Part shown: piece by piece, positions 44,801 through 54,929 of the stretch
Layout: each line of letters starts with the position of its first letter
Numbering within the stretch: the first letter of the stretch is position 1
IMG/VR virus record: IMGVR_UViG_3300031413_000603
Location: 1-64,000 of that record
Reading direction: 5' to 3' (one strand)
Length of the DNA stretch: 64,000 nucleotides
Origin: a virus
Lineage: Duplodnaviria > Caudoviricetes
Translations under genes and position numbers: made by a program
The notes under the pieces: model-generated
What the model was told of the DNA's origin: nothing
Databases searched by the model: none
The model's input: the letters and a program-made list of their open reading frames with translations, nothing else

Positions 44801-45010
44801 ACAAGCTACACGGCTGAATTCTCAGCCATCTGAGATTGAGGATTGGATTTCAAATCTCACCCTCTGCCTCTGGGGTAGGTTCACCGTGGCCGCCCAATAG
44901 CACAGCTCAGTTTTGAGCCATGACAGGGCCTACCCAAAATTTGGGTAGGCCCAATCAGATTTGAAATCCGATTGGGTCAGCCGGCTCAATTTTGAGCCCG
45001 TTGATATCAA
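44518..45010. repeat. Dense array of about 11 palindromes (10-27 bp), mostly AT-centred
   Basis: Perfect 26-mers at 44542-44567 and 44747-44772; 27-mers at 44926-44952 and 44950-44976; others listed in findings. Confidence 0.9.
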
Positions 45011-45024
45011 TGGAGGATCTTGGG

Positions 45025-45387
45025 CTAGTGGCGCTTTGAAGCGATCCAAAGAACCGCGATGAACCAGAGCACCGATCCAATCACAAAGTCCTCAACGGTG
45101 GTCTTGCGATTGCTGGAAAGGATGGCGAAAGCTGCCCCGCCGAATGGTGAACAGAACAGCCCAACCATCACGACAAAGCTTCCAAAGTCGCTGTCGCCTG
45201 ACCGGCCACTGAGTCGGTTTATGAACTCGCCAAGAGCCCCAAGTCCGAACATCAGCCCAGCCATGACAGCAATGGCCAGGCCAACAACGATTAGTGAGCC
45301 CAAGCCGCCGCCCAGCCGCTCATTCGCAAAGGCAGGCAGCGCTGCTGAAGCGAGCAGGACTGCTGTAAATGATTTTGCTGGGCGCAT
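45025..45387 (-). CDS. Exported multi-pass membrane protein (moron-like)
   Basis: Signal peptide + about 3 TM; sits after the ejection protein gene. Confidence 0.65.
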   Translation of the reverse strand: MRPAKSFTAVLLASAALPAFANERLGGGLGSLIVVGLAIAVMAGLMFGLGALGEFINRLSGRSGDSDFGSFVVMVGLFCSPFGGAAFAILSSNRKTTVEDFVIGSVLWFIAVLWIASKRH

Positions 45388-45504
45388 GTGCCTACACCTC
45401 AAGACGGGCTTTAGATGGAGCGATCATAGCCGCAGAGCGTTCGGTGAGCTGGATGGCGAGCACTACAAAAGTTTTGTAGTGCAAGCGATCGGCTTGCCCG
45501 TGCC

Positions 45505-48500
45505 TTACTCTCCGGTGGAGAAGCGCCCAACATCCAGCGCATCGCGGCGCTTGCGCGGCAGGTACACACCGTCCTCTGCTTCCCGAATCCGCTTCTCACG
45601 GTTGCGCACGCTCTGAGCCAACTGCATCGGCTGGATTCGGCGCTCTGGGTTCTTGTCGTTGAACTTGGCAATTGCGGACCGGGCTTCAGCCTTGCCCTCC
45701 TCATCCTTTGCCATCGCCGCCATAGCAAATTGCTCCACCAAGGTGCGGCGCCTGGTCATCAACGCACGGTCATGCGAGATCACTGCTGACTTGCCCTCGA
45801 AGGCGTTGCGGGTCTCAGATGGAGAGAAGCCGGCGAACTGCCCGGCCAGCGCTGCTGCATCTACCTGGTCCTGTATGACGATCCCTGATTTGTCTTTGAC
45901 CCCTTCGTTGTAGTAGCGCACAGTCTTCAGTGGCCCGCGCAAGGCGGTGGGCATCATGCTTTCCAGCCCGCGCTGGTACTGACCATGGCTCATATCCTGC
46001 AGGCCCTTAAGCCCGTTCACCGCAATGGCGGCCACGGGGCCCAGGGCCGCAGTCATAGCAGCCTCGCCCAGCCGCTGGCCTTCCAGCCCCTCTTGAACGT
46101 CGGGGAAGATCAGCTTGTCCAAGCCGACACGGCCCGAGATGTCCCAGGGCGTCAGCCGCGACAGGCCATGCGAGAGCACCTCGGCGGGCTTCTGGCCAAA
46201 GGCGTCTGCCAGCATGTTCTGCAGTGCGACCTGCGCATCCCATGGCTCGTCGTCATCGCCGCCCAGCATGGAAGCCGCCGCAAGCAAGGTGGTAACCATC
46301 GGCAGGCCCAGCACGCCGGCCGCCATGGCATGGCTCGTCAGCAGGCCGGCCAGCGTCTTGCGCGCCTCTGCCCGCACCTCTGGGGTCGCGCCTTTGAGCG
46401 ACTGCTGCGCATTGCGCACGAAGGTGTAAACCATGTTCTGACTGTACTGCTTGAACAGCAGCAGCACCTTCTGCCAGTTGCCCTGCATGAAGCGCGGGCG
46501 GTTGTTTGCGCTGTAGTCGAAGTGGCCATCGTAGGTGGCCTGCACGGCTTGGCTGTACGCCGCTTTGCTGTCAGCGCCAGTTTCCCGAGCCAGGCGGTAG
46601 GCGGCCACGAAGGTCACCTGGCGGTTGAACTTCTCGGCATGGTGAAACATCCAGCTAGCCCAGCGCATCGCCGGGCGCATACCGTTGATAACCTTCTGGT
46701 CTTCGCCCTGTGCGATGCCGGCCAAGTCGTGGGCCATGGTGACATCCACCACCCCCGAGCGCACTGCCTCATCAAAGGCGGCCTTCTCATCGGCATTCAG
46801 CGAAGAGGTGATGTCGTTTTTGCCGCGCATCGTCTCTTGGCTGGCCTTCAGGAGGGCCGCGCCGGACTTGCTGAAGCCCCACTTAGCGCCCATCACCGGG
46901 TAAGCCACCAGGGCCGTCTGGGACAGGTTGACCATCGCCGATGCTGGGGACAGGCCCAGGTAGAAGATGAAGCCCAGGCTGGTTAGTGTGGTGGACACGG
47001 CGTTTGACTTGGGGTTCATGGCCGCGTCATGGCGCTTGGCCATCTCGTCAATCACCTGCTGAGCCTTCACCGAATCAAAGCCTGGATCGGTCACGCCCTC
47101 GTCGGCGCGGCGCTGCATCTCGGAGAGCTGGTCCTGCAGCTGGTCGCCGTAGCGCAGCTTGGCCAAGTAGCTTGCCCCGTGAAAAACGTTCTGCGCAAAG
47201 GCGCGGCGTGCATCCTGGCTGAAGCCGGCCGTGCCCTTGCGATGAATGCCATGTTTGGCCCAGGACAGGTCTGGCAGGGATGACAGGTACAGCTGGCCCA
47301 GCGCGTCCTCGAGCTCGGCGCGCTGCTTGGGCTCCATGCCCTGCTTATCCAGCACCCCATAGAGCTGCTCCATGAACCCACGGCCCACGGTGTCGCGGTC
47401 GGCCACGAACTCTTTGCCCTTGAGCACCTTGCCCACGGTAAAGCCCTTGGAGGCGGGGAAGGCCTGTGCGAGCTGGCTGCGGGTGGTGTCGGCTTCGCGC
47501 ATGGTCTCTGCGCGGCTGACGTTCGCCACCTTGCCCTCGGCATCCTTGACCACCACCACATATTGGCCGAAGCGGGCCAGCGGGAAGTACACGCCCTTGA
47601 TGTGGCCGAAGAACTCGTCGTCCATCCGCTTGAGCATCGCCGCCTTGCGCTCGCTCCCCATCTCTGAGCGCTCGATGCGTTCCTTGATGGCTGCGCGCAC
47701 GTCCCGCATGTGGTTGCGGTGGATGTCGCGGGCACGCTCATAGACGCCTTGTGCCTCTGGCGACAATGCCTCAAAGCGCTTGCGAAGCTGCACGTAGCGC
47801 ACGCGATTGTCACCCTGCACATAGTCCTTGGCTGGATCCATCTGCGCCAAGGTTGAATCGTGCATCAGGTCGGACAGCGCGTTCTCGTCCTTGAGCTTCT
47901 CCCAGTCCTTGGCCAGCTGGTCAGCACCGGCGCCGGCCTCGTTCTTGTCCGCATCCATGCGGGCCATGAGGTCGCTGTAGGTGCGCATCTCCGGCAGCAT
48001 GTCGCTGTACACGTCCACCAGCTGGCGGCGTCCCAGCATCTGGAGGCTGAGCGGCCGAAAATCGGTAGCCTTGAAGCCGGCCTGCTGCTTGATGTTGGTC
48101 ACGGTGACGGACTTGAGGGCATCGCCCACACGCTGGCCCATGGGGGTATCACCACGAGAGCGAAACCGGGGCACGTCGCCGGCGGCATTGCGCGCGGCCG
48201 CCGCGTCACCCGAGTGCTCGATGGCCGACAGCACAAAGCGCTCTGCCTGGTTGTAGGTCATGTTGCGGACAGTGTTGGCCAGGCGCTTCATGCCCATCTT
48301 GTCGGCCACGCTGGCAAGCCAGTTGGCCAGCGTCCGGACACGCAGCCCCAGGCGCGTTCCTGCCTGCTTCTGGGCGCGCAGCTCCTCGGCCACCACCGCC
48401 AGCCCTTCCTCGATGGCCAGCGCCTCATAGCGACCGTTCAGTTCGCTGCCAGTAAATCCCAGGTTGCGCAGCTCCTCGCGCTGCTGGGTGGCCTCGGGTG

Positions 48501-51500
48501 CTTCACGCTTCCACTGGTTGGCATATTCCCGCACCCGCGCATCACGCTTTGCCAAGTCCAGCATTGTCTGCACATAATCAGCATCTGGCACAACATTGCG
48601 CAAACCATGGTGGAAAAGCTCATGAAAGACCGTCTCGATGACATCCAAGGGACTGCTGTGCGCCCCGGCGACGACAGCAAGCTGCCCGTCGGGTTTCCGC
48701 ACCCCCTTCACGTAGTCCGGAATCCCTTGCCCAAGGTCCCCGGCCCGCAGCACGACATCAACTGGTGGCGGGTTGCTGAGCCCCGCAAGGGCATCATTCA
48801 CCGCTTTCTGAGCCTGTTCAAGCGATAGGCCACGCTCGGGCATGCTCTCGCCCGTGCTGTTGAAGAACACCATCCCTGAGCCGTCACCCAGCTGCTGCTG
48901 GCCTTGGGCGGCCTGCACATCAGCGGCGCGGTCGCTGCCCGTCAGGGCGAAGGAATCCCGCTCGGCGTCGGCCTGGGCGCGGCGCTGAGATTCGGTATCA
49001 GTTCGGGATTGGTTGGCGGCGTCTTGCCGCTGTGCCTCTTCACGCGCTACCAGGTCGGCCCTGGTGGGCGAAGTTAGGCGGAAGCTGCTGGCTTCTGGCT
49101 GGGCTGCAGGCCGCGGCGTTCCATCACTTGTTGGAGCGCTTGCTTGCGCTTGGCCTGGGGCAACTTCATCAGCGCGGCCACGGCCTGGGCCATCTTCTTG
49201 CGCTGTTCCGGGTTGCTGGGTAAGTTCATTTTGGATTTCCTGTTCGGTGAAGCCAAGCGCCCGCATGGCATCTTCGGCGCTCATATTGCTTGGGCCATCA
49301 AACACCACGTCGGCGTCTTCCAGCGCAAAGAGCGTCGCATCGTCCAGCTGCTCAATCGATGAGACAGCTGCATCTTCCTCCAAAGCCTGCTGCCGCGCAA
49401 TACGGGATTGCATCTCAGCATCAACCTGCTCTGGTCGGTATTGGGCAATCACGCGCTCGTTGCGCATGGCACGGTGCATCAGGTCTTCCAGCTGCTGGAC
49501 GGCGTCGGGCGAGCGGATAAAGCCCTCCTCGTAGGCGGCCTGTGCCAGCTGGTCCAGCTGCTTTCCAGACTTACGGAATATGGGGCCGAAGCCGGGCACC
49601 ATGGCAGTGCGCTGCTCGGCCGTGCCGGGCGCAAAGTCACGGCGCACATCAGGCACCACGCCATGCTTGCCAAGGAATGCGCGCATGGGGTTAGAGGCCT
49701 CTGCATTCGCTCGCAGCGTGCGGCCAGGGGCGGTGCGCTTTCGTTCAGCGTCCCGGTACTCAAGGCGCTGCACATCAGCTGCGGGCAACGCACCGGTGGC
49801 TTGGCCTATTGGCCGCCCTGCTTGCGGTCCGCTTGCTTGCGAGAATTGCGCTTGAGCTTGCTGGGCTTGATCGGTTTCAGTGCCATTGGATACTCCATCA
49901 AAATCGGGGTTGTTGAACGGGGTTTGGGTCTGCTGTGAACGGGTGCTGATTGGCTGGCCAACAAAGCCCAGCGATGAGTCGCCCCCGGCGGACACCACCT
50001 CATGCGTTGCCGCCAGGCCTTGGCGCTCGACTGCCTTCTGTGCAGCCTCTTGCGTGAGAAAGGGCGTGCCATTGATGCGCGTCACAAACTGCGGCGCGTC
50101 AGCCAGTGGCGCGGCGGCCTCCGTCTGCTGCTGGTCGCGGTTGACCACCTCGGCGCGCAGTTCGGGGCGCAGGCCTTCGGGGCTGGCAATCATTCGGCCA
50201 GTGGGCCCGTTGTCATATTCAAGCGCTGGCTGTGCCGACAGGGCCGTCTGCGGGCTTCCGTCGGGGATGGCTCGAACCGGGGTGAAGTTGCTCAGGCCTA
50301 GATCTGTGCGCTGTTGCCGCGCCGCCTCCACTGCGGCACGCTCTTGCTGAGCGGCGTTGGCCAGCGCTACCACTTCGCTGCGCGCTTCTGGCCTCACACC
50401 CGCCGCACCGGCAACCATCCGACCAGACAGGCTGGCGTCAAAAGGCAGCGCGCCCTGGCCTTCTGGCGCGGTGGATCGCTGCTGCTCAGGGGTCAGTAGT
50501 GCAGAGGGTTGAACGTCGTAGCCTCGGCCGCTTGGATGGGGCACCACAGACAGGGGCAGACCTTCGTCGGCGGCGCGCCGGCGGATCGCATGGGCCTCAT
50601 TGAGACGCATGGCAGCGCCTGGCTCAATGCTTTGCGCAGCTGCCAGTTCAGCAATGCGGCCAGAGATTCGGCTGGCCTCTGGGGCCGGCTGGTCGAATTC
50701 GATGGCGTTGTCAAACTGCGCGGCCTCCAAGGGCTCCAGAGCCAGGGCACGACCAGGCGCGGGAGGAGCGCCATTGTCGCCACGCTGGCGAGCGTCATAG
50801 CCTGCCAGCACCGGCGCGGCCGGCATATCTTCTGGGCCCAAGTCCTGCTCTACAGGCGGTGCAGCCTCTGCCAATGCGTTCAGCTCGGATTCGCGGAATG
50901 CGCGAACGCTGGGCGGCAGGGCCTCGTTGGCCAGGTCGGCCCGGATCATTGCGGCCTGTCGCTGCTGCTCTGCTGGCAGCCTGGCCAACGAAGCTGCGAT
51001 GTCGGCACTATTGGGCTCGGTGGCCACCGGCGCTGCAATCGGCTCCAGCGACAGATCTACCGATGCGGCAGCAGCCTTGGATAAAGGACCAGCGGCAGGA
51101 TCGATCCCCATCGCCTGCGACGGGGTCAAGGGTGGAGCAGCATCAGGGGTGGTCTCACCACCAGGCGCTGCGCTCTCCGTGCTGCTTGGTGCCGCTGCGT
51201 TCGGCATGGCCCCAAGCGCTTCAGGTTGGCTGTCCGGCGCAGCTTCGCCGCCAGGGCTGTCCTCTACCGCCTCGGGCTGGGTGTCGGCTTTACGGCCTCT
51301 CTGGCGCATGTGGTCCACAGCACCCGATGCACCGCCCATCACGCCGCCACCAATACCACCCATGGCTGCAGCAAATGCGGTGTCTTCCAGGTTCTCGGCC
51401 TCTCGCGGATCCTTGAAGGCGCCCCACTGCTCGATCATGTTCTGGGCACCTTCGGTCGCGCCTTCCTTGAGCACGCCCTTGCCAGCCTCTTTGAGCACGG

Positions 51501-52155
51501 TGGTGGGCCCCAGGCCGACACCCTTGGCGACCTTCAGGGCCTGGCCCATACCAATGCGCTCAAGCGCTGTTGCAGGGATGGCGGCGGCCAAAGCCCGGGT
51601 CTTGTCTTCCTGACCGGACTCTTGCTGCTCCTGGCGGATGCCGCCATATTCCTGGGTGAAGATCGGCGCAAGGCTGCCCGCCACACCGCCGATGGCTGCA
51701 CCGGCGGCGGCGCCTACGGGGCCCGCAATGGAGCCCAAAGTACGGCCAGCCTTGGCACCAGCCAGGCCACCGGCGCCTGCTGCAGCGATCTGTGGACCCA
51801 GTTGGCCGACCGCTTCTTTCGTCGCAAGCCAAGGGCTCTCGATGATGTCAGCAAGCTTGCGGACGCCTGCGGGGTTGCGGTCGATGATCCCCTGACCTGT
51901 GTCTTGCAGTGCTTTGGTAGCGAAGTTTGGCCCAGTCACATCCTCGGCAGAGGTTGCTAAGGTGGTGAGCATCTGGCCTGCTGTGCGCTTTACCGTTGGG
52001 ATAAAGCCAGGCTCAGCCGGAGGGGGTGGTGGAATGTTGAACGCTTCTTCGTAGCTAACGCTCCCGTCCGACGCCGGTGCTTTTGCTTGCGCAGCAGGAG
52101 GCGGAGCTGGAGGCAGCCCGAAGGCGTCTTCGTAGGAGATTGATGTAGCAGCCAT
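45505..52155 (-). CDS. Large polyvalent virion/ejection protein with PLxRFG and zincin-like domains (2216 aa)
   Basis: YFPLARFGQY (PLxRFG), VFHELFHHG (HExxH), low-complexity Ala/Pro/Gln N-terminal half; start ATG 52155. Confidence 0.85.
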   Translation of the reverse strand: MAATSISYEDAFGLPPAPPPAAQAKAPASDGSVSYEEAFNIPPPPPAEPGFIPTVKRTAGQMLTTLATSAEDVTGPNFATKALQDTGQGIIDRNPAGVRKLADIIESPWLATKEAVGQLGPQIAAAGAGGLAGAKAGRTLGSIAGPVGAAAGAAIGGVAGSLAPIFTQEYGGIRQEQQESGQEDKTRALAAAIPATALERIGMGQALKVAKGVGLGPTTVLKEAGKGVLKEGATEGAQNMIEQWGAFKDPREAENLEDTAFAAAMGGIGGGVMGGASGAVDHMRQRGRKADTQPEAVEDSPGGEAAPDSQPEALGAMPNAAAPSSTESAAPGGETTPDAAPPLTPSQAMGIDPAAGPLSKAAAASVDLSLEPIAAPVATEPNSADIAASLARLPAEQQRQAAMIRADLANEALPPSVRAFRESELNALAEAAPPVEQDLGPEDMPAAPVLAGYDARQRGDNGAPPAPGRALALEPLEAAQFDNAIEFDQPAPEASRISGRIAELAAAQSIEPGAAMRLNEAHAIRRRAADEGLPLSVVPHPSGRGYDVQPSALLTPEQQRSTAPEGQGALPFDASLSGRMVAGAAGVRPEARSEVVALANAAQQERAAVEAARQQRTDLGLSNFTPVRAIPDGSPQTALSAQPALEYDNGPTGRMIASPEGLRPELRAEVVNRDQQQTEAAAPLADAPQFVTRINGTPFLTQEAAQKAVERQGLAATHEVVSAGGDSSLGFVGQPISTRSQQTQTPFNNPDFDGVSNGTETDQAQQAQAQFSQASGPQAGRPIGQATGALPAADVQRLEYRDAERKRTAPGRTLRANAEASNPMRAFLGKHGVVPDVRRDFAPGTAEQRTAMVPGFGPIFRKSGKQLDQLAQAAYEEGFIRSPDAVQQLEDLMHRAMRNERVIAQYRPEQVDAEMQSRIARQQALEEDAAVSSIEQLDDATLFALEDADVVFDGPSNMSAEDAMRALGFTEQEIQNELTQQPGTAQEDGPGRGRADEVAPGQAQASAPTSDGTPRPAAQPEASSFRLTSPTRADLVAREEAQRQDAANQSRTDTESQRRAQADAERDSFALTGSDRAADVQAAQGQQQLGDGSGMVFFNSTGESMPERGLSLEQAQKAVNDALAGLSNPPPVDVVLRAGDLGQGIPDYVKGVRKPDGQLAVVAGAHSSPLDVIETVFHELFHHGLRNVVPDADYVQTMLDLAKRDARVREYANQWKREAPEATQQREELRNLGFTGSELNGRYEALAIEEGLAVVAEELRAQKQAGTRLGLRVRTLANWLASVADKMGMKRLANTVRNMTYNQAERFVLSAIEHSGDAAAARNAAGDVPRFRSRGDTPMGQRVGDALKSVTVTNIKQQAGFKATDFRPLSLQMLGRRQLVDVYSDMLPEMRTYSDLMARMDADKNEAGAGADQLAKDWEKLKDENALSDLMHDSTLAQMDPAKDYVQGDNRVRYVQLRKRFEALSPEAQGVYERARDIHRNHMRDVRAAIKERIERSEMGSERKAAMLKRMDDEFFGHIKGVYFPLARFGQYVVVVKDAEGKVANVSRAETMREADTTRSQLAQAFPASKGFTVGKVLKGKEFVADRDTVGRGFMEQLYGVLDKQGMEPKQRAELEDALGQLYLSSLPDLSWAKHGIHRKGTAGFSQDARRAFAQNVFHGASYLAKLRYGDQLQDQLSEMQRRADEGVTDPGFDSVKAQQVIDEMAKRHDAAMNPKSNAVSTTLTSLGFIFYLGLSPASAMVNLSQTALVAYPVMGAKWGFSKSGAALLKASQETMRGKNDITSSLNADEKAAFDEAVRSGVVDVTMAHDLAGIAQGEDQKVINGMRPAMRWASWMFHHAEKFNRQVTFVAAYRLARETGADSKAAYSQAVQATYDGHFDYSANNRPRFMQGNWQKVLLLFKQYSQNMVYTFVRNAQQSLKGATPEVRAEARKTLAGLLTSHAMAAGVLGLPMVTTLLAAASMLGGDDDEPWDAQVALQNMLADAFGQKPAEVLSHGLSRLTPWDISGRVGLDKLIFPDVQEGLEGQRLGEAAMTAALGPVAAIAVNGLKGLQDMSHGQYQRGLESMMPTALRGPLKTVRYYNEGVKDKSGIVIQDQVDAAALAGQFAGFSPSETRNAFEGKSAVISHDRALMTRRRTLVEQFAMAAMAKDEEGKAEARSAIAKFNDKNPERRIQPMQLAQSVRNREKRIREAEDGVYLPRKRRDALDVGRFSTGE

Positions 52156-52205
52156 GGTTTCCAGTGTGTGGATACCATGTGCTGCTGTCGAACCCTGTGG
52201 GGTGG

Positions 52206-54224
52206 TCAGCGTGGCGGCTCGAACGCTTTGCCATTCCAGCGCAGATAGCGTCCGTCCGGCAGGGTGTACATATTGCCCTTCACCAGCTGCTCTTTTGGTG
52301 GGGGTGGCGTCTGCGTTTGTGCAGGTGGCCTCAGCCATTGCTCACGCACAGAGTCATAGATGGAGGTTGGCTCTTTCACCGTCTGGCCGTCTTGAACATA
52401 GGTGCCACCACCTGCGGTGACGAAGCGGTCCTTGGTGCTCTCTGGCTTGCCCATCAGCGCAAGCAGCCGGCCCTGGGCGCTGCGTTGCTTTTCCGCAGTA
52501 TCCGCTTGAGCTACCGCATCTTGTGCCGCTTCAAGGCGCGCAGCACCCCTGCTTCGGGCTGCAGCATCTGACTGTTCCAGCGCCAAACGACCGCGATCGA
52601 CGGAGTTGCGCATTGCCTCTCGCTGGTTTGCACCCGCTTGCTGAATGCCTTCGCGCTGCAGGCCTGCGTTTGCATGCAGCGTCGCCTGTGCCGCCCTTGG
52701 CTGTTCGGACTGCAGGGCCAGATCGTTATCCAAAGCCGCCCGGTAGGCTCGTGCTGCTGGGTTGTTCTCCGCACCCCTGCCGCCCCATTTCGTGGTGTTC
52801 GTGATGCTGCTGGCAGACGTGGCCAGGTTCTCCAGCCGTTTGCGTGCTGAATAGTCGTTGGTGCTGTTGGCCACCTGAGGCTCCGCGAACTGCGGCGTTT
52901 CAGTCTGGCCAGCCTGCCCGGGTGCGCCACCTTGGAGCCGCTGGTCAAAAGCCGGGTTGTAGCCCACGCGCTGACCTACCAGGCCTTCCCTTTGTGCTTG
53001 CTCGACGGTCATGCCAACAGGGCTGCGCTGGCTTGCCGGTTGCGCACCGGTGGCCGTGTCAATGTTGCGCGCCGCCTGCTGGCCGCCCTGCTGAGCGCTG
53101 CTCGGCGTAGCGGCCGCGCCCGAGCCAGACTGCCCGGCATCCGAAGGGTAGACATAGCTGCCGTTGGGCCCCAACGACACCTGCGCGCCGCCGGGGGATA
53201 CCCGAAAACCTCCGAAGCCATCGCCCCGCATGCCTGCGCCTTCCACGGCGCTTCCACGTTCGTTCGTATAGGAAACAGGCCCAGACACGTTGCCGCCGCT
53301 AAACGACGTGGAGCCATCAGCCAAGCGCTCCATGCGGACGCGGCCGTCAGGATTTGCCTGACCCACCTGTGCATTGGTCATGCCGGAGCGGTCCCAATTG
53401 GTTGGTGGGGCAACTTGAGCAGCGCTAGGCGGGGTGGCATTCGCGGTCGGCTCAGGGATGACGCGCCCAGAACTCTCGGGGTTGGAGGATAGGGATTTGG
53501 ATTCGCCAGGCCCGGGGATCATGCTAGCCATGGCAGGCGTGCTGGCCGCGCCAATGGTTGCAGCGGATGCGCCCTCGACAGAGCTGAGGCCTCGGCTGAG
53601 CAGTGAGCTAATCGCCCCGCCAGTCTTTGCCACGGCCGGCAGCGCGCCACCAAGGCCGCCAACTGAGCTGGCAATAGCCTGCAGGTTTCTGCCGGTGTCA
53701 GTATTAAACACGTTGTCCATGGAACCATCCGGCTTAGGCGCCTGCTTGTCGGTGTCCATGGGAATCTGGTTTGCCAAGGCATTGCCAGTAGCCTGTCCTG
53801 CGGTTGAAGGCGCGAGGGCTGCAGCCGCAGCTGTTGGTGCAGGAGCAGCTGGAGGAGGCGCGGGAGGGGTAGCAACCTGCTGGACGCTCGGGTCCTGTGC
53901 TGCCGCTGCAGCATCGCCAAAGCTGTTCGCACGGCGCATCGCCTCTTCATCGATCACGCCACCATCTGCAAAATGCCCTGCCTTCTTAGGCTTGCCTGAT
54001 TGCTTGTGCGTGCGCTCAATGAGGTCATTGAGGCGACTCACCCCAATTTTTCGGGTGGTGTCGGCCGGCAGCACGAATTCGCCTTTGGAAGCCTTGATGT
54101 CGACAGAATCTGAGGTGCCATCGCCTGGGCCATCGATCAACCCGCCATTGCGGTAACCCTTGGCTGGCACATTGGAGCCCATGGCGGCTAGGCGGCGGGC
54201 GGCGGGAGATTGGGCGTAAAGCAT
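52206..54224 (-). CDS. Internal virion/ejection protein (672 aa)
   Basis: GYRNGGLIDGPGDGTSDSV...SKGEFVLPAD N-terminal motif; Ala/Gly/Gln-rich. Confidence 0.65.
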   Translation of the reverse strand: MLYAQSPAARRLAAMGSNVPAKGYRNGGLIDGPGDGTSDSVDIKASKGEFVLPADTTRKIGVSRLNDLIERTHKQSGKPKKAGHFADGGVIDEEAMRRANSFGDAAAAAQDPSVQQVATPPAPPPAAPAPTAAAAALAPSTAGQATGNALANQIPMDTDKQAPKPDGSMDNVFNTDTGRNLQAIASSVGGLGGALPAVAKTGGAISSLLSRGLSSVEGASAATIGAASTPAMASMIPGPGESKSLSSNPESSGRVIPEPTANATPPSAAQVAPPTNWDRSGMTNAQVGQANPDGRVRMERLADGSTSFSGGNVSGPVSYTNERGSAVEGAGMRGDGFGGFRVSPGGAQVSLGPNGSYVYPSDAGQSGSGAAATPSSAQQGGQQAARNIDTATGAQPASQRSPVGMTVEQAQREGLVGQRVGYNPAFDQRLQGGAPGQAGQTETPQFAEPQVANSTNDYSARKRLENLATSASSITNTTKWGGRGAENNPAARAYRAALDNDLALQSEQPRAAQATLHANAGLQREGIQQAGANQREAMRNSVDRGRLALEQSDAAARSRGAARLEAAQDAVAQADTAEKQRSAQGRLLALMGKPESTKDRFVTAGGGTYVQDGQTVKEPTSIYDSVREQWLRPPAQTQTPPPPKEQLVKGNMYTLPDGRYLRWNGKAFEPPR

Positions 54225-54253
54225 GAGAAAACCTTTGTGAATATTGCCGACCG

Positions 54254-54925
54254 CTACCAGTTGGAATGCACCAATGGCGGGGAATCGTCGCGGTGCTTGC
54301 GTTGCACATTGGCATCTGGACGCTTGCCAAATGCCAACTCAAAAAGTGTCAGATGCTCTGCGGCCTTCACTGCATCGAACGTGTCTGCGTCCTGCTTGAG
54401 GTGTGCCCGGTACATCATCCAGTGCATGAGACGGGTGTGAAACCGTGATGGAAGCTCTGGCACCTCCCCACATGCGCCCGGCTTGATCGGATTCAGCGCA
54501 CCTCGGCATACCGTCAAAGCGATAGCGCCCGCGGCGTTTGGCCTGGGCACAAGGCGCAGTTGTGGCGGCCGTGCACCACTAGCCGGCTCAAAAATGTAGC
54601 GGCGGGGCTGGCCCTCTCGCTGTTCCCAGCCGCAACTGTGGTCGTCCTCTGCCTCCACGCTGGTTTCGCAGATGACGCGGCCGTTGAAGGTAGCGCGCTT
54701 GATCTCCAGCACAGAGGGATGCAGCGGGTATGTGTCCTGGCCAACGACGATGGACAGCGCGCAGACGGTGCTGGTGCTGCGGTCTTCGATCAGCTTGGCT
54801 CGTTCACACGCCTCCTGCACTGCTTCATTGAGAAAGCCGACGATCTCCTCTGAAGCCCAGAACGGCGGATCGGCCTGGTCCAGGCATGCATCCCTGAATG
54901 CTTTGATGAAATCACCGACGTTCAT
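54254..54925 (-). CDS. Head-tail adaptor protein
   Basis: FWASEEI..FLNEA..EACER; L..W..YRAH.K.D.DT; position after the capsid genes. Confidence 0.75.
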   Translation of the reverse strand: MNVGDFIKAFRDACLDQADPPFWASEEIVGFLNEAVQEACERAKLIEDRSTSTVCALSIVVGQDTYPLHPSVLEIKRATFNGRVICETSVEAEDDHSCGWEQREGQPRRYIFEPASGARPPQLRLVPRPNAAGAIALTVCRGALNPIKPGACGEVPELPSRFHTRLMHWMMYRAHLKQDADTFDAVKAAEHLTLFELAFGKRPDANVQRKHRDDSPPLVHSNW

Positions 54926-54929
54926 TGCT

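Noticed and set aside
44518-45010. CRISPR array
   Set aside because: No constant repeat with regular spacers and no cas genes; the palindromes differ in arms and spacing.
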